A stretch of 64,000 bases of DNA from an uncultured delta proteobacterium. GTDB taxonomy: Bacteria > Desulfobacterota > Binatia > UBA9968. A model generated the notes under the pieces. That model was not told the DNA's origin, did no database searches, and was given only the letters and a program-made list of their open reading frames with translations. The stretch spans positions 576,001 to 640,000 of the forward strand of contig CAVYTU010000017.1 of the NCBI GenBank assembly GCA_963771465.1, written 5' to 3'. Positions 19,293 through 30,533 of this stretch are shown here, in pieces. A program made the position numbers and the translations under genes. Numbering within the stretch: the stretch's first letter is position 1; each line of letters begins with the position of its first letter.

Positions 19293-20276
19293 TTAGCGAA
19301 ATAGTTTGCGGATCATCTCATTGACCTCGACCTCACGCTGGCTAAGATCGACATCGGCTATGAGCAGTTTGTGTTGCTTGAGCAGCTTGCCGTACTTGGA
19401 GTCGATGTCGTCACGAATGGGCACGCGGCCATATTGATTGATCACTTCCTGACCTTCCTTTGATAACAGCCACTCGATGAATAACTTTGCCGCGAACGGA
19501 TGCGCGGGCTGCGACGGCAAGGAGGCGGCAACCGTATAGGTGATCACCGGTTCGAGACCGATCCAGTCCACCGGTGCGCCTTTGTTTTTCAAATTATCGA
19601 CCGAATATTCATACACGCCCGGCATGATCGCGAACTCGCCGGCGGCGAGCAGGTTTAATAAATTCGTGTTCCCCGCCATGACCTGAGCATTCTGGGCGGC
19701 GAGCTTTTCCATGTAAGCTCGGCCTTTAAGTTTCGACAGCATCGCAAACCACTCGATCTTGGTGTTGTCGATACCCATGACGTTTTTCCAGCGCGGATTG
19801 AGCAAGTCGTCGTAGGTCTTGGGCGCGTCCACACGTTTGACCTGGCGAGAGTTGAAACCCATCAAGGTGCCGCTAGCGTAAACCGAAGTCCAAAAACCTT
19901 CGGGATCTTTGTATTGGCTCGGATAGGACGCTGATTCGGCCGGCACATGGCGGCTGAGCGCGCCGCGCTTTTTTAAGATATGCGTCTCGATGACGCTGGT
20001 GTGGATCACGTCGGCGAGGCGTTGCTTGGCCTGCTCTTCCAACAATACGCGGGTGACCAGCTTTTGCTTATCGGTGCGAAAATATTCGGTCTTGATAAAC
20101 GGATAGCGTTTGTTAAACGCCGCGAGATACATCTGCAGCTGCTGCGCGGCTGCGGAGGCGTAGATGACGAGTTTCCCTTCGTTCTTGGCGCCTGCTATGA
20201 GCGGATCGAGACTTTGGGCGCGCACGGCGGGTGCGAGCATGATTAAGATCAGTAAAGTTGCAAAAGTTAATTGCAT
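19293..20276 (-). CDS. ABC substrate-binding protein, cluster D type
   Basis: GGAGG RBS before ATG 20276; signal peptide; AKNEGKLVIY; PKTYDDLL; HPFAAKLFIEWLLSKEGQ. Confidence 0.9.
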   Translation of the reverse strand: MQLTFATLLILIMLAPAVRAQSLDPLIAGAKNEGKLVIYASAAAQQLQMYLAAFNKRYPFIKTEYFRTDKQKLVTRVLLEEQAKQRLADVIHTSVIETHILKKRGALSRHVPAESASYPSQYKDPEGFWTSVYASGTLMGFNSRQVKRVDAPKTYDDLLNPRWKNVMGIDNTKIEWFAMLSKLKGRAYMEKLAAQNAQVMAGNTNLLNLLAAGEFAIMPGVYEYSVDNLKNKGAPVDWIGLEPVITYTVAASLPSQPAHPFAAKLFIEWLLSKEGQEVINQYGRVPIRDDIDSKYGKLLKQHKLLIADVDLSQREVEVNEMIRKLFR

Positions 20277-20401
20277 GAAGCCTCCGGTTACGCTCACGGT
20301 AATTGAGATTGTCCCGCTGTGTCAATATCGGTGCCAGATTCAGCGCGTCGACAATGGCCAGGTTTTCCATTACGATTAAGCAGACATTGCGAGGTAAATT
20401 T

Positions 20402-22024
20402 ATGGCGACGCCTGAATTCGTTTATCAAGATCCGCTACCGTTGGAGAAAGATTCGACTCGTTATCGGTTGCTGAGCAAGGAGCATGTCTCGGTTACCAAA
20501 TTCGAAGGCAAGGACATGCTCAAAGTCGAGCCTGAGGCGTTGACGTTGCTCGCCAACGTGGCGATCCGCGATGTCTCGTTTCTGCTGCGCGCGGCGCATC
20601 TGGAAAAGGTCGCGGCGATTCTCAAAGATTCCGAAGCATCGGCCAACGACAAATACGTCGCGCTGGCGATGTTGCGCAACGCCGACACGTCGTCAAAGGG
20701 GATTTTGCCGTTCTGTCAGGACACCGGCACGGCGACGGTATTCGCCAAGAAAGGGCAGCAGGTTTGGACCGGCGTCAAGGATGAAGAGTTTATCGCCAAG
20801 GGAATTTACAAAACCTACACCGAAGAGAATCTCCGCTACTCGCAGACCGCGCCGCTCAATATGTATGACGAAGTCGATACCGGCACCAATCTGCCAGCGC
20901 AAATCGATGTTATGGCGACAGACGGTATGGAGTACAATTTTCTTTTTGTCACCAAAGGCGGCGGCTCGGCGAACAAGACGATGCTCTACCAAGAGACCAA
21001 AGCGCTGCTCAACCCGGCGAGCTTGGAAAAATTTCTCACCGAGAAAATGAATACCCTCGGCACCGCCGGCTGCCCGCCCTATCATTTGGTATTCGTCATT
21101 GGCGGCACGTCTGCGGAGGCGTGCTTGAAGACCGTGAAGTTGGCCTCCACCGGTTATCTCGATCAGCTGCCGATGACAGGCAATATCCATGGGCGCGCAT
21201 TTCGCGATACGGAGACCGAAAACCGCATGCTCCAGCAGGCCTACAAGTCCGGTTACGGCGCGCAGTTTGGCGGCAAATATTTCGCTTTAGATCTGCGGGT
21301 CATTCGCCTGCCGCGCCACGGCGCGTCGTGCCCGGTTGGCATGGGCGTTTCTTGCTCGGCGGATCGCAACGTCAAAGGCAAGATCAATAAGGATGGCATC
21401 TGGCTCGAAGAGCTGGAACGCGAACCGGGCCGGCTGATTCCGGAAGATTATCGCGGCAAGGTGGCGAGCAACGTTGTCAAAGTCGACCTTAATCGGCCGA
21501 TGGCGGAAATCCTCGCGCAACTGACCAAACATCCGGTGACCACGCAATTGTCGCTAACCGGCACGATGATCGTGGCGCGAGATATCGCCCATGCGAAACT
21601 CAAAGAGCGATTGGATAAAGGCGAAGGTTTGCCGCAGTATCTGAAAGATCATCCGGTTTATTACGCCGGCCCGGCAAAGACGCCGGAAGGATTGCCTTCG
21701 GGATCGTTCGGCCCGACCACGGCGGGGCGGATGGATTCCTATGTCGAATTGTTCCAATCCCACGGCGCGGCGCTGATTACTCTGGCGAAAGGTAATCGCA
21801 GCCAGCAGGTGACCGACGCGTGCAAAAAATATGGCGGCTTTTATCTGGGTTCCATCGGTGGGCCGGCGGCGATCCTCGCCAAGGAGAATATTAAAAAAGT
21901 CGAATTGTTAGAATATCCGGAGCTGGGCATGGAAGCTGTCTACAAGATCGACGTGGAAGACTTCCCTGCGTTTATTCTGGTCGACGACAAAGGCAACGAC
22001 TTCTTCAAGCAGATCCTGCATTGA
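20402..22024 (+). CDS. fumA: Class I (Fe-S) fumarate hydratase
   Basis: LPFCQDTG; GTNLPAQID; KGGGSANKT; GTAGCPPYH; [10 protein letters not shown]; SCSADRN; GPTTAGRMD; VDDKGNDFF. Confidence 0.96.
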   Translation: MATPEFVYQDPLPLEKDSTRYRLLSKEHVSVTKFEGKDMLKVEPEALTLLANVAIRDVSFLLRAAHLEKVAAILKDSEASANDKYVALAMLRNADTSSKGILPFCQDTGTATVFAKKGQQVWTGVKDEEFIAKGIYKTYTEENLRYSQTAPLNMYDEVDTGTNLPAQIDVMATDGMEYNFLFVTKGGGSANKTMLYQETKALLNPASLEKFLTEKMNTLGTAGCPPYHLVFVIGGTSAEACLKTVKLASTGYLDQLPMTGNIHGRAFRDTETENRMLQQAYKSGYGAQFGGKYFALDLRVIRLPRHGASCPVGMGVSCSADRNVKGKINKDGIWLEELEREPGRLIPEDYRGKVASNVVKVDLNRPMAEILAQLTKHPVTTQLSLTGTMIVARDIAHAKLKERLDKGEGLPQYLKDHPVYYAGPAKTPEGLPSGSFGPTTAGRMDSYVELFQSHGAALITLAKGNRSQQVTDACKKYGGFYLGSIGGPAAILAKENIKKVELLEYPELGMEAVYKIDVEDFPAFILVDDKGNDFFKQILH

Positions 22025-22048
22025 AGCGATTTATCCGGCGGTTACTCA

Positions 22049-22639
22049 TCACAGAAAGTCTTCCAGGTCAAAACGATCGGCGCTTACCGTTCTACCTTCG
22101 ATGCGCACGAAGTCGCCATTGCGCAAGCGGTTAAACCGGTCAGTGACCGCCCGTGGCGCATTGAAGGCTACCGTCACGACGATCAGCCGGTTCCTCGAAT
22201 CGCGAATCTCGAACGTGCCGCGGCGATTGTCGATATATTCTACCCGGCCTTCGGTTTGATCGAGGCGGGCGCCGCCGGTGGAACCGCGATCTTGCACCGA
22301 CTCGCGCACAGTGACGGTGTCGGTATAATTCCGGCCGTCGCGGTCTTGCTGAATCCGCGCCGCGACATAATCGCCGCGCTCCAAGTTGCTCACCTGGTAA
22401 TTACGCTGCCGGTAAATAACTTGAGTGTTGTCGTCGTAGCGGATCGACGAAGTGCGGCCCGCGTCCGTGCGTATCTCGATCTGCCGGCTACGAGCGTCGA
22501 TGTTCTGAACTTCACCGACGATTTCGTTGGATAGAGTTCCATAGTCGCCAAGTCCGTCCACGTGGCCAAGTTCATGGCAGCCGGCCACGAGAAAAATTCC
22601 TATTACAACCGTCATCAATAGTAGCTTGGTCGATCTCAT
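22049..22639 (-). CDS. Lipoprotein with two repeated OB-like (DUF5666-like) domains
   Basis: Lipobox LVAGC; two repeats G(E/R)V..ID.R....EIR...L.(R/N)GD(Y/F)V. Confidence 0.7.
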   Translation of the reverse strand: MRSTKLLLMTVVIGIFLVAGCHELGHVDGLGDYGTLSNEIVGEVQNIDARSRQIEIRTDAGRTSSIRYDDNTQVIYRQRNYQVSNLERGDYVAARIQQDRDGRNYTDTVTVRESVQDRGSTGGARLDQTEGRVEYIDNRRGTFEIRDSRNRLIVVTVAFNAPRAVTDRFNRLRNGDFVRIEGRTVSADRFDLEDFL

Positions 22640-22847
22640 GGCCTGCTCCTTTGACTTCAAAGTTTGTCAGCTTCTTGGACGAAAACGTCGCCACTCCAAT
22701 TCACTCGTTATTCGTACGATTGGAAGATTGCGCGCTACGTGACGATTCAGCCCGTTCATTTGGACGATCTATGCTCGATCATTTGACGGGTGACTCGCAA
22801 TAGAGTTAATTTGCTGTGGAATCTTTTGTTTTTCTGGAGGCTTAGCC

Positions 22848-23858
22848 GTGGCAACTATCGATGCCGATGCGCATGTGATCGAGAGCGAAGAGACGTGGAG
22901 TTACATCGACAACGAAAAACTCCGGCCTTTTTTGGTGACGCCCGGCGGCGGACGCCCGCAGAACTGGTTGGTCGATGGCCGAGTATTTCACCGCGGTGTG
23001 AATTTCGACCGTCACTTGCCGATCGAGATTTGTGAAATGCGCGACATCAAAAGCCGGCTCAAACACATGGACGAGCTGGAAATCGACGTGCAGGTGCTCT
23101 ATCCGTCGCTATTTCTCCGTCCGCTCACGGCAAAAGCCGAAGTCGAGAACGCCATCTGTCACAGTTATAACCGATGGCTAATCGATATTTGCGCCAAGGG
23201 GGAAGGGCGGCTTCATTGGATCGCGGTGGTACCGGTGATCGATATGGCCAGCGCGGTGGCCGAAGTCGAGTTCGCCAAAGCAAACGGCGCCTGCGGCATC
23301 TTCATGCGCGGCTTGATCGACGACAAGCGGCTCAGCCATGCGTACTTTTTTCCACTGTATGCGGCTGCCGAGAAAACCCAGCTGCCGATCTGCGTTCACG
23401 CGTCCACCGGCAACTTCGACTGGGTGCAGATGTTCGACGGCGAGAGCGGCTTCATGCGCTTCAAAGCGCCGGTGCTGTCGGCCTTTCACGCCATTGTTCA
23501 TGACGGCGTGCCCAAGAAATTCCCCAAACTCAAATTCGGTTTCATCGAGGTGCGCGCTCAATGGGTGCCCTATATGGCAGTGGAAATCGCGCGTCGCTTC
23601 GACCGCGCCGATAACGCCGTGGCGCGCAGCTTGATTCGCGACAATCATGTCTACGTCGCCTGCCAGACTGACGACGATCTGCCCTACGTGCTTAAGTATT
23701 CCGGCGAGGATAATATCGTCATCGGTTCGGACTACGGCCACAACGATACGTCATCGGAAATCACTGCGCTGCGGACGATCAGGGAGAAAGGTGAAGTCGA
23801 GCCGCGCATTATCGACAAAATTCTCTATGACAATGCCAAGGCGCTTTACGGAATATAA
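22848..23858 (+). CDS. Amidohydrolase_2 family protein
   Basis: IDADAHVIE; MDELEIDVQVLYPS; YNRWL; ICVH; IGSDYGH; DNAKALY. Confidence 0.92.
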   Translation: MATIDADAHVIESEETWSYIDNEKLRPFLVTPGGGRPQNWLVDGRVFHRGVNFDRHLPIEICEMRDIKSRLKHMDELEIDVQVLYPSLFLRPLTAKAEVENAICHSYNRWLIDICAKGEGRLHWIAVVPVIDMASAVAEVEFAKANGACGIFMRGLIDDKRLSHAYFFPLYAAAEKTQLPICVHASTGNFDWVQMFDGESGFMRFKAPVLSAFHAIVHDGVPKKFPKLKFGFIEVRAQWVPYMAVEIARRFDRADNAVARSLIRDNHVYVACQTDDDLPYVLKYSGEDNIVIGSDYGHNDTSSEITALRTIREKGEVEPRIIDKILYDNAKALYGI

Positions 23859-23902
23859 AAGTTTACTGCTGGTGAATTCGCGTTGACACGAAATCCTGCG
23901 GC

Positions 23903-24986
23903 CTACAGGTTATACAATTTCGCCGCGTTCTCGCCCATGATTTTGGTCTTCAGCGTGTCCGCTAATATCCTTCCGCTCCATCACTTCTTCGACCGTATGG
24001 GGGAATTTCGAATCGCTATGGTTGTAGTCGGTGGCGAAGACTAAACGCTCGGCGCCGACGAATTCGGCGACGTAGGGCAATATCTTTTCTTCCATCTCGA
24101 AGGCGTAGAACATCTGGCCGCTTTTCATATACTCGCTCGGCGGCTTGGTGAGCCACGGCACTGTCGGTTGAAGGATTTCATAGTGCTCGTCGAGGCGCTC
24201 CATCCAGTAGGGCACCCAGCCGCAGCCGGCTTCCATGAAGGCGAATTTCAATTTGGGAAACCGTTCGAGCATGCCGCCGCAGACGACGCACAGCGCGGCG
24301 ATCATCTGCTCGAAGGGATGCGCCAGCGCGTGGGTGTAGAGCGGATGGTCGAAGCGCTCGGTGGCCGCCGGCACGCCGTCGCCGGCGCCGACGTGAATGC
24401 ATACGGGCACGTTCAGGCGTTCAGCTTCGGCGAAGAAAGGATAGAGGTCGGGATCGTCGAGATTTTTCTTCGACGCTGATACCGGTGGTGTGGCGACGGC
24501 GACGAATTTTAGTTCTTGAACCGCGCGGCGCAGTTCCTTGACCGCTTCGACCGGGTCTTGGATCGCCACCGCGGCAACGCCCTTGAGTCTGCGCGCGTCG
24601 GCGTTGCAGTAGCCGGCGAGCCAGTTGTTGTAGACCCGCGCAACGGCGCAGGCCAAATCTTTGTCTTCGACAAACGGTAAGCTCAGAAATGGCGAAGTGC
24701 CGAAGAGCACCGCGGTGTCGATGCCTTCGAGATCCATGTCTTTTAAGCGCTGCACGGGGTCGGTCATGCCGGTGGTCGGCTGCGGATGGTGGCTGCGCGG
24801 CGCGCCGACGAAGCTGCACGCTTTGCCGACCGGTTTGGGTGTGAGCTTACCTTCCATCATGACGAAGGGAAAACCGCGATTGTCTTTGACCACTCGCGGC
24901 GCGCGCGCGCGGTAAGGGGCTTCGAGCAATTCTTCCCAGGGAATATCGCGTTCCAATACATGTCCGTCGGCGTCGATAATGCGCAT
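23903..24986 (-). CDS. Amidohydrolase_2 family protein (frameshift ~23960 near C-terminus)
   Basis: MRIIDADGHVLE; DMDLEGIDTAV; MEAGCGWVP; FATDYNH. Removing one G restores the family ending ISDTLKTKIMGENAAKLYNL* (stop 23903-23905). Confidence 0.9.
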
Positions 24987-25126
24987 GCCTATTATTCCTT
25001 CGCTTTCCGTCAAGATTACTGTGTTAACTTTCTACTTATCTCACAGCGCCATGGAAACCAAACTACGGCGCGCAAGCGCTTCCCCCGTGTTGAGGATTCG
25101 GCAAGCGCGGCGGTGCAATTCGCCAG

Positions 25127-26137
25127 CTATTTTATTTGGCCGGGAAATAATTTCGCCGCGTAATCGCGGTTTACTTCCTTGATCAGCGTGTTATCGAAAA
25201 ATCGCCGTGGGTCCATCTCGGCGGCTTTGGCGACGGTGGATTGCTCGAGGACGAGCTTGATCGCTGCCGCGTCGACGGTCATGTCTTTGTTCCAAACTTT
25301 CTTGCCTTCCTGATAGCTGTCTTCCAGCAGTTTGGGATCGGTGACCTTCGTGTAGTGGGACTCGACCTGTTTGGCGGCGCGGGGATCGTCAATGGCTCGC
25401 TTAATGCCGTCGAGATAGCCCATCAAAAACACTTTCAGTGTGTTCGGATACTTCTGCACGAATGCGCGCGCGACACCGGTTCCCGGACCGATGATTTTGA
25501 AGCCCCGTTCGTAATAGTCGATGATCACCGGGTAGCCTTTGCTTTTGGCCATTTCAGTTTGCGGCGGTGTGACGATCAGTCCATCGGCGTTGTTGAGTAT
25601 GAATGTCGACAACGCGTCGGGCGGCCCCTTGTGATAGAGCAGCTTGATATCCTTGCCGATCTCCATGCCGCGTTCCTTGGCCGATTTGCGCATGGCGATC
25701 TCGCCGAAAGCGCCGACCGATGTCGTCGCCACGGCCTTGCCCCTTAAACCTTCCAGCGTCGTGATGCCTTTTTGTCCGAACAAGACCAGCGTGCTCTTAT
25801 CGACGGCGGCGGCGACGTAAATCACATCCGACCCGGCAACGTTGGCGTGAATCGTCGCCGTGCCGCCCTGATAGATGTCGACCGTTCCGGAGAGTAACGC
25901 TTGAGCGGACGACGTGGCGCTCAGCACCGTGAGGTTTACCTGTAACCCGCGTTTGGCGAAATAGCCGGCGTCGGCGGCGAGCAACAGCGGTAAGTAGAGC
26001 GGGCCGGTGGCGGCGATGGCGACTTCCAGGCGATTTTTCTCCGGCTTGATCTCCGAACCCTGCGCCGCTTGAGCTATGCGGCCGGTGAATAGAACTAACG
26101 CGAAGGCGAAATACAATGAAATCAAGATGTGCTGCAT
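25127..26137 (-). CDS. NMT1/SsuA-type ABC substrate-binding protein
   Basis: Signal peptide; AGYFAKRGL; ALLSGTVD; LRGKAVA; FFDNTLI. Confidence 0.88.
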   Translation of the reverse strand: MQHILISLYFAFALVLFTGRIAQAAQGSEIKPEKNRLEVAIAATGPLYLPLLLAADAGYFAKRGLQVNLTVLSATSSAQALLSGTVDIYQGGTATIHANVAGSDVIYVAAAVDKSTLVLFGQKGITTLEGLRGKAVATTSVGAFGEIAMRKSAKERGMEIGKDIKLLYHKGPPDALSTFILNNADGLIVTPPQTEMAKSKGYPVIIDYYERGFKIIGPGTGVARAFVQKYPNTLKVFLMGYLDGIKRAIDDPRAAKQVESHYTKVTDPKLLEDSYQEGKKVWNKDMTVDAAAIKLVLEQSTVAKAAEMDPRRFFDNTLIKEVNRDYAAKLFPGQIK

Positions 26138-26163
26138 GATGTGAATCTCCTAAGTGCGCCCGG

Positions 26164-27177
26164 TTATTTCGCCGCGAGCACGCTGGTCAGTTTCGCTAGC
26201 GTTGGCGGCGGCAGCTTGAATAAGCCGTCGACCAGCTTTTTTACTTCCTCGCCGCTCAAGGGATTGATATCGAGATTGGCCCTTTTGGCTTCCGCCACAA
26301 ACTCGGGATCGGTCAATGTCCTGGCGAAGGCGTTGCGCAATATTTGCAAGCGCTCTTTCGTTATGCGCGGCGTGGTGACGTAAACGCGCACGATGGCCGC
26401 CGGATCGATGGCGCCGGCGCGCAGAAGCAACTTGGCTTCCTCGGTCTTTGCCAAGTCGAGCGCCAATGGCACGTTGGGCAGGTCGGCAAGTTTTTTTGCC
26501 GTTACTTGGAGCACGACGTTGACTTCGCCGGCGGGGATCGCTTTGGCCCATGCGGTTTTCAAAGTCTCCCAAGCCCAGCAGGCGCCATGAATCTCGCCGG
26601 CGTCGGCAGCCAGGCGAACTTCGTTGGTGCCCTTATAACCTTCGACCAATTGGACCGGTAGATTCAATGCGCTTTGGATGATGCGCGCGACGTCGCTGGT
26701 ACTGTTGCCCGGGCTCAAGCCGCCGAGCTTGAGCGGCGTCTTCGACGCCATCCACTGCTCCATGTTGGTCACGCCGCTTTCTTTGCGCAGCGCGCACACC
26801 GTATTGTCCTGCACCGGCACGCCGAGATATTCCAGCTCGCGCATGTCGAAGTCGATGCCTTTCATGCCGATGGCGCGGCCGAGAATCAAGCCGCCGTTGA
26901 ACATGCCGATGGATAAGCCGTCCGGTTTCGCGTTGCTATGAACATACTTCGCCGCGATCAGCGTGCCGGCGCCGGTCATGTTTTCGACGATGAACGATGG
27001 ATTGCCGGGAATGTGTTTGCCCATGTGGCGCGCCATGGCGCGGGTGTAGATGTCGAAACCGCCGCCGGCGCTGCCGCCGACGATAACGCGCACGGTCTTG
27101 CCGCGGTAGAAGTCTGCCGCGCCGGCGCTGCCTGACAGCAATACCACGGCGACCATCATCAAAATTCCATTGACCAT
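26164..27177 (-). CDS. Tripartite tricarboxylate transporter substrate-binding protein (TctC/Bug)
   Basis: FYRGKTVRVIVGGSAGGGFD; HIPGNPS.IVENM.GAG; KPDGL; VEGYKG; GGAGG RBS. Confidence 0.92.
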   Translation of the reverse strand: MVNGILMMVAVVLLSGSAGAADFYRGKTVRVIVGGSAGGGFDIYTRAMARHMGKHIPGNPSFIVENMTGAGTLIAAKYVHSNAKPDGLSIGMFNGGLILGRAIGMKGIDFDMRELEYLGVPVQDNTVCALRKESGVTNMEQWMASKTPLKLGGLSPGNSTSDVARIIQSALNLPVQLVEGYKGTNEVRLAADAGEIHGACWAWETLKTAWAKAIPAGEVNVVLQVTAKKLADLPNVPLALDLAKTEEAKLLLRAGAIDPAAIVRVYVTTPRITKERLQILRNAFARTLTDPEFVAEAKRANLDINPLSGEEVKKLVDGLFKLPPPTLAKLTSVLAAK

Positions 27178-27320
27178 GCGCGCCACCTCCGAATTCGGCT
27201 GATTATGGTGCAATTAACTGGCATGTCAACGATGGCGCGCGTTGGCCATTTGCGGTTGACGCTCGACGCCGACTTCGCGTACTTTGTCGTCGCTGCCAGA
27301 TTCTCCAGAGAGGTAAATCG

Positions 27321-28352
27321 ATGCATCGACTTGCCGTGATCCTGTTGATTCTCGCCGAACAACTGGCGATGGCGGAATCCAGTCGCGCCGCGTCCACCGG
27401 CGATGAATTTTACCGCGGCAAAGTGATTCGCATCATCGTCGGCTTTTCCGCTGGCGGCGGCTTCGATACGTTTGCGCGCACCGTGGCGCGCTACATGGGA
27501 AAGTACATTCCCGGCAATCCGTCGATCATCGTCGACAACATGCCCGGCGCGGGCAGCTTGATCGCCGCCAATCATATTTACCGAGTGGCGAAGCCTGACG
27601 GTCTCACCATCGGCGCGTTCAACGGCAATCAGATTCTCGGCCAATTGGTCGGCGCTCAAGGGGCCAATTTCGACCCGCGCAAAATGCAATGGGTCGGCGC
27701 ACCGGGCTACAACCACGATCTTTGCGTGCTCCATCAACGCACCGGAATCAGCAACGCTGAGCAATGGCTGGCATCGAAAACGCCGCTCAGGCTCGCCGGC
27801 AGCGCGCCCGGAGCTACTACCGATGACGTCGCCAAAGTTTTGAAGGAAGCGATCGGTTTGCCCATGCGTTTAGTCACGGGCTACAAAGGCACGGCCGATA
27901 TGCGCGTCGCGGTGGAGTCGGGAGAGATGGACGGATTGTGCGGTTTTTCCTGGGTGTCGGTGCGTTCGACTTGGCGGCGTGCGGTGGAGTCCGGGCAAGC
28001 AGTCATAATGTTGCAGAGCGCGCCAAAGGCTCATGCTGATCTGCCCAAGGTGCCGCTGTCCATCGGCTTTGCCAAAACTCCCGAGGCTCGGCAGCTGATC
28101 GAAGCCGGCGTGCATCAACCGGGAGCGATCACTTACAGCTACTCGTTGCCGCCGAACACGCCCAAGGAACGCGTACAGCTTCTCCGCAGGGGGTTCATTC
28201 AAGCGGTGAAGGATCCAGATCTCTTGAACGACGCCAATCGGGCCAATCTAGAGATCGCGCCGGCGTCCGGCGAAGAGATCGCGCTGGCGATCGACAACAT
28301 GTTCAAAACTCCATCTACCGTGGTGGCGAAGTTGAAAGAAGTCTTGAAATAG
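27321..28352 (+). CDS. TctC/Bug family substrate-binding protein
   Basis: FYRGKVIRIIVGFSAGGGFD; IPGNPSIIVDNMPGAG; KPDGLT; VTGYKG. Confidence 0.92.
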   Translation: MHRLAVILLILAEQLAMAESSRAASTGDEFYRGKVIRIIVGFSAGGGFDTFARTVARYMGKYIPGNPSIIVDNMPGAGSLIAANHIYRVAKPDGLTIGAFNGNQILGQLVGAQGANFDPRKMQWVGAPGYNHDLCVLHQRTGISNAEQWLASKTPLRLAGSAPGATTDDVAKVLKEAIGLPMRLVTGYKGTADMRVAVESGEMDGLCGFSWVSVRSTWRRAVESGQAVIMLQSAPKAHADLPKVPLSIGFAKTPEARQLIEAGVHQPGAITYSYSLPPNTPKERVQLLRRGFIQAVKDPDLLNDANRANLEIAPASGEEIALAIDNMFKTPSTVVAKLKEVLK

Positions 28353-28361
28353 CTTGCGGGT

Positions 28362-28973
28362 TCACAGTATCGCTCGCACCGACGGCCGCTGTTTCATTCT
28401 TTCGTACCATGCGCTCAGCCGTGGCAAGCTGGGTGAGGGGATGACGCCGAAGGACTGCATGCGCGGAAAGCGCGGGAAAATATCGACGTCGACCAAGCTG
28501 AACTCGCCGAGCATATACTGCTTGTCACCCAACTCTGACTCCAAGTACTGGAGCTTCTGCAAAAGTTCGGAGCGCCTGTCGCTGATGACCTTCTGGTCGC
28601 GCTCGGCTTCGTTCTTTTTCATCATGATCTCGCCGCGCAGCGCCCAATAGGGTTCGTGTAAATAGTTGATCGCGTAGTCGACGAGTATGCGCGCCCGGCC
28701 GCGCGCCCAATGATCTTTCGGCATCAGCGGCGGGTTGGGATATTTTTCGTCGAGATATTCGTTGATGATACAAGACTCGAACAGTATCTTGCCGTCGTCG
28801 TCGAGCACCGGAATCTTTCCGTAAGGGTTGCGCTTGAGATGTTCGGGACTCTTTTGCTCCTTCTTCGCAAGCTTGACCCAAACTCCCTCCCAAGCGAGTC
28901 CTTTCTCCGCCAGGGCGATTTTGACTCGATCTGAGTTGGTTGACGGCACGTCGTGATAGAGAGTTATCGACAT
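28362..28973 (-). CDS. Glutathione S-transferase family protein
   Basis: STNSDRVKIALAEKG; NPYGKIPVL; LFESCIINEYLDE; FSLVD; AAGGAG RBS. Confidence 0.92.
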   Translation of the reverse strand: MSITLYHDVPSTNSDRVKIALAEKGLAWEGVWVKLAKKEQKSPEHLKRNPYGKIPVLDDDGKILFESCIINEYLDEKYPNPPLMPKDHWARGRARILVDYAINYLHEPYWALRGEIMMKKNEAERDQKVISDRRSELLQKLQYLESELGDKQYMLGEFSLVDVDIFPRFPRMQSFGVIPSPSLPRLSAWYERMKQRPSVRAIL

Positions 28974-29027
28974 AGCATTTCTCCTTTTTAGAACTCTTTA
29001 GCCGAAACTCCGTTAGGAGTGAAGGAC

Positions 29028-29977
29028 TTAACGTTTCTTTGGCGCACTGACCAAGATTACCGAGCCGATGATCAATCCCGCTGCGAGCAGAATTCGCATG
29101 GTAATGATCTCTTTGCCGAGAAAGTAACCGAGCACGATGGCGACGAGTGGATTGACGTAGGAGTAAGTCGCGACCAGAGGGATCGGCGCGTTGCGCAGCA
29201 GCCAAGCATAGGCGACGAAGGCGATCGGGCCGATGGCGGTCAAGTAGAGCAAGGCCCAAGCTGAACGCGCTGATATCGCGGTAAGATCGAATTGAGTGAA
29301 TTCGCCGAATAACCACGCGACGAAAATTTGCACTACGCCGCCGGCGAGCATTTCGATTCCGGTGGTGATCAGCGGCGATGCGTGGCAAGTGAAGTATTTT
29401 GCCGTAGATCGAGCCGATGGCCCACAGCAGCGAGGCGGCGACGACGGCGAGGGCACCGTAGAAACTTTCCGGTGTCGTGCCGGCAGCGGTCCAGCCGATC
29501 AACAAAGCCGCGCCGCAGAAGCCGATGAGGATGCCGCTCAACGCTTTGCCGGTCGGCCGTTCGCCGCGCGGTCGGACGGCGTCGAACAACAACATCCAGA
29601 GCGGCACGGTTGCGACCAGCAACGCCGATAAGCTCGACGGAATAAATTGCGCCGCCCAGACCACGCCGCCATTGCCGCCGACCAGTAGAAAGATACCGAC
29701 CAGTGCGGCGTTGCGGCGCTCGATCTGCGTCGGTGCCGGGTCGCCGGCCAGGCGCCGCCATAGATAAAGAATAACCACCAGAGATGATGAAGCGCGCCGC
29801 CGCCGATAAAAACGGCGGCGTGGTTTCCACCGTGAAGCGGATAGCGAGGTAAGTTGAGCCCCAAATGAGATAGACGGCGCCGAGCGCTGTCCAGATCATG
29901 ACTGAGGTTGATCGCTGTGGAGATAATTCGCCGGCGGGCTGATTCACTAACGGCTGCTTTCGAGCTGCAACATCCAA
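29028..29977 (-). CDS. EamA/DMT family transporter (YedA-like), two +1 frameshifts (~29775, ~29385)
   Basis: VYLIWGSTYLAIRF (ORF 29369), GNGGVVWA..SSLSALLVATVPLW (ORF 28525), AYAWLLRN..VATYSYVNPLVA (ORF 29028). Confidence 0.85.
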
Positions 29978-30077
29978 CGCTTGGTTTTCATTCCCGTGCC
30001 GCCACTACAACCGCCGAGGCTGCGGTTTGAACCGCTGGGCAGACTTTGATCGCGCTAATCGATTGCCATATTTGCGA

Positions 30078-30533
30078 TCAATCCGGCGCCATACCTTTCT
30101 TTTTGAGCTCTTCCATCGCGCTGGCGGTTTTGTCCAAGAGCGGCACGCCCATGCCTTTGAGAATGTTCACCGCTTTGGTGAATTGGACGTCGTCGTAGGA
30201 AACGATTTCAATCCGGTTGCCCCATGGGTCGAGGATGTTCATGCGGTCGTTGATGCTCTTAATGCCGAGTCGATCCATGGCGCGCTTGACCGCGTTGCGA
30301 TCGTCGACGACGAAGCCGAAATGACGTTTGGTGTCGGCGACCTGGGTTTTGCCGAGCGTGAGTTGGATAAATTGGTCGCCAAGATCGATGAAGGCGTTGT
30401 GTTCGCTCTTGCCGCGTAGTGTGAACTCAAACAGCGCGCCGTAAAACTCCAGCGCTTTGTCCAAGTCGTCGACTTCAAGCACGACATGGTTGATGCCTAA
30501 GGCGCGGGCTTTCTTTTGTGCTTGTTCGCTCAT
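30078..30533 (-). CDS. VOC/glyoxalase family protein
   Basis: GINHVVLEVDDLDKALEFY; HFGFVVDD; DPWGNRIEIV. Confidence 0.9.
   Translation of the reverse strand: MSEQAQKKARALGINHVVLEVDDLDKALEFYGALFEFTLRGKSEHNAFIDLGDQFIQLTLGKTQVADTKRHFGFVVDDRNAVKRAMDRLGIKSINDRMNILDPWGNRIEIVSYDDVQFTKAVNILKGMGVPLLDKTASAMEELKKKGMAPD

Noticed and set aside
28525-29778. 417-aa ORF as a membrane protein with long C-terminal extension
   Set aside because: Chimera of the middle EamA frame and out-of-frame read-through across the GST gene.
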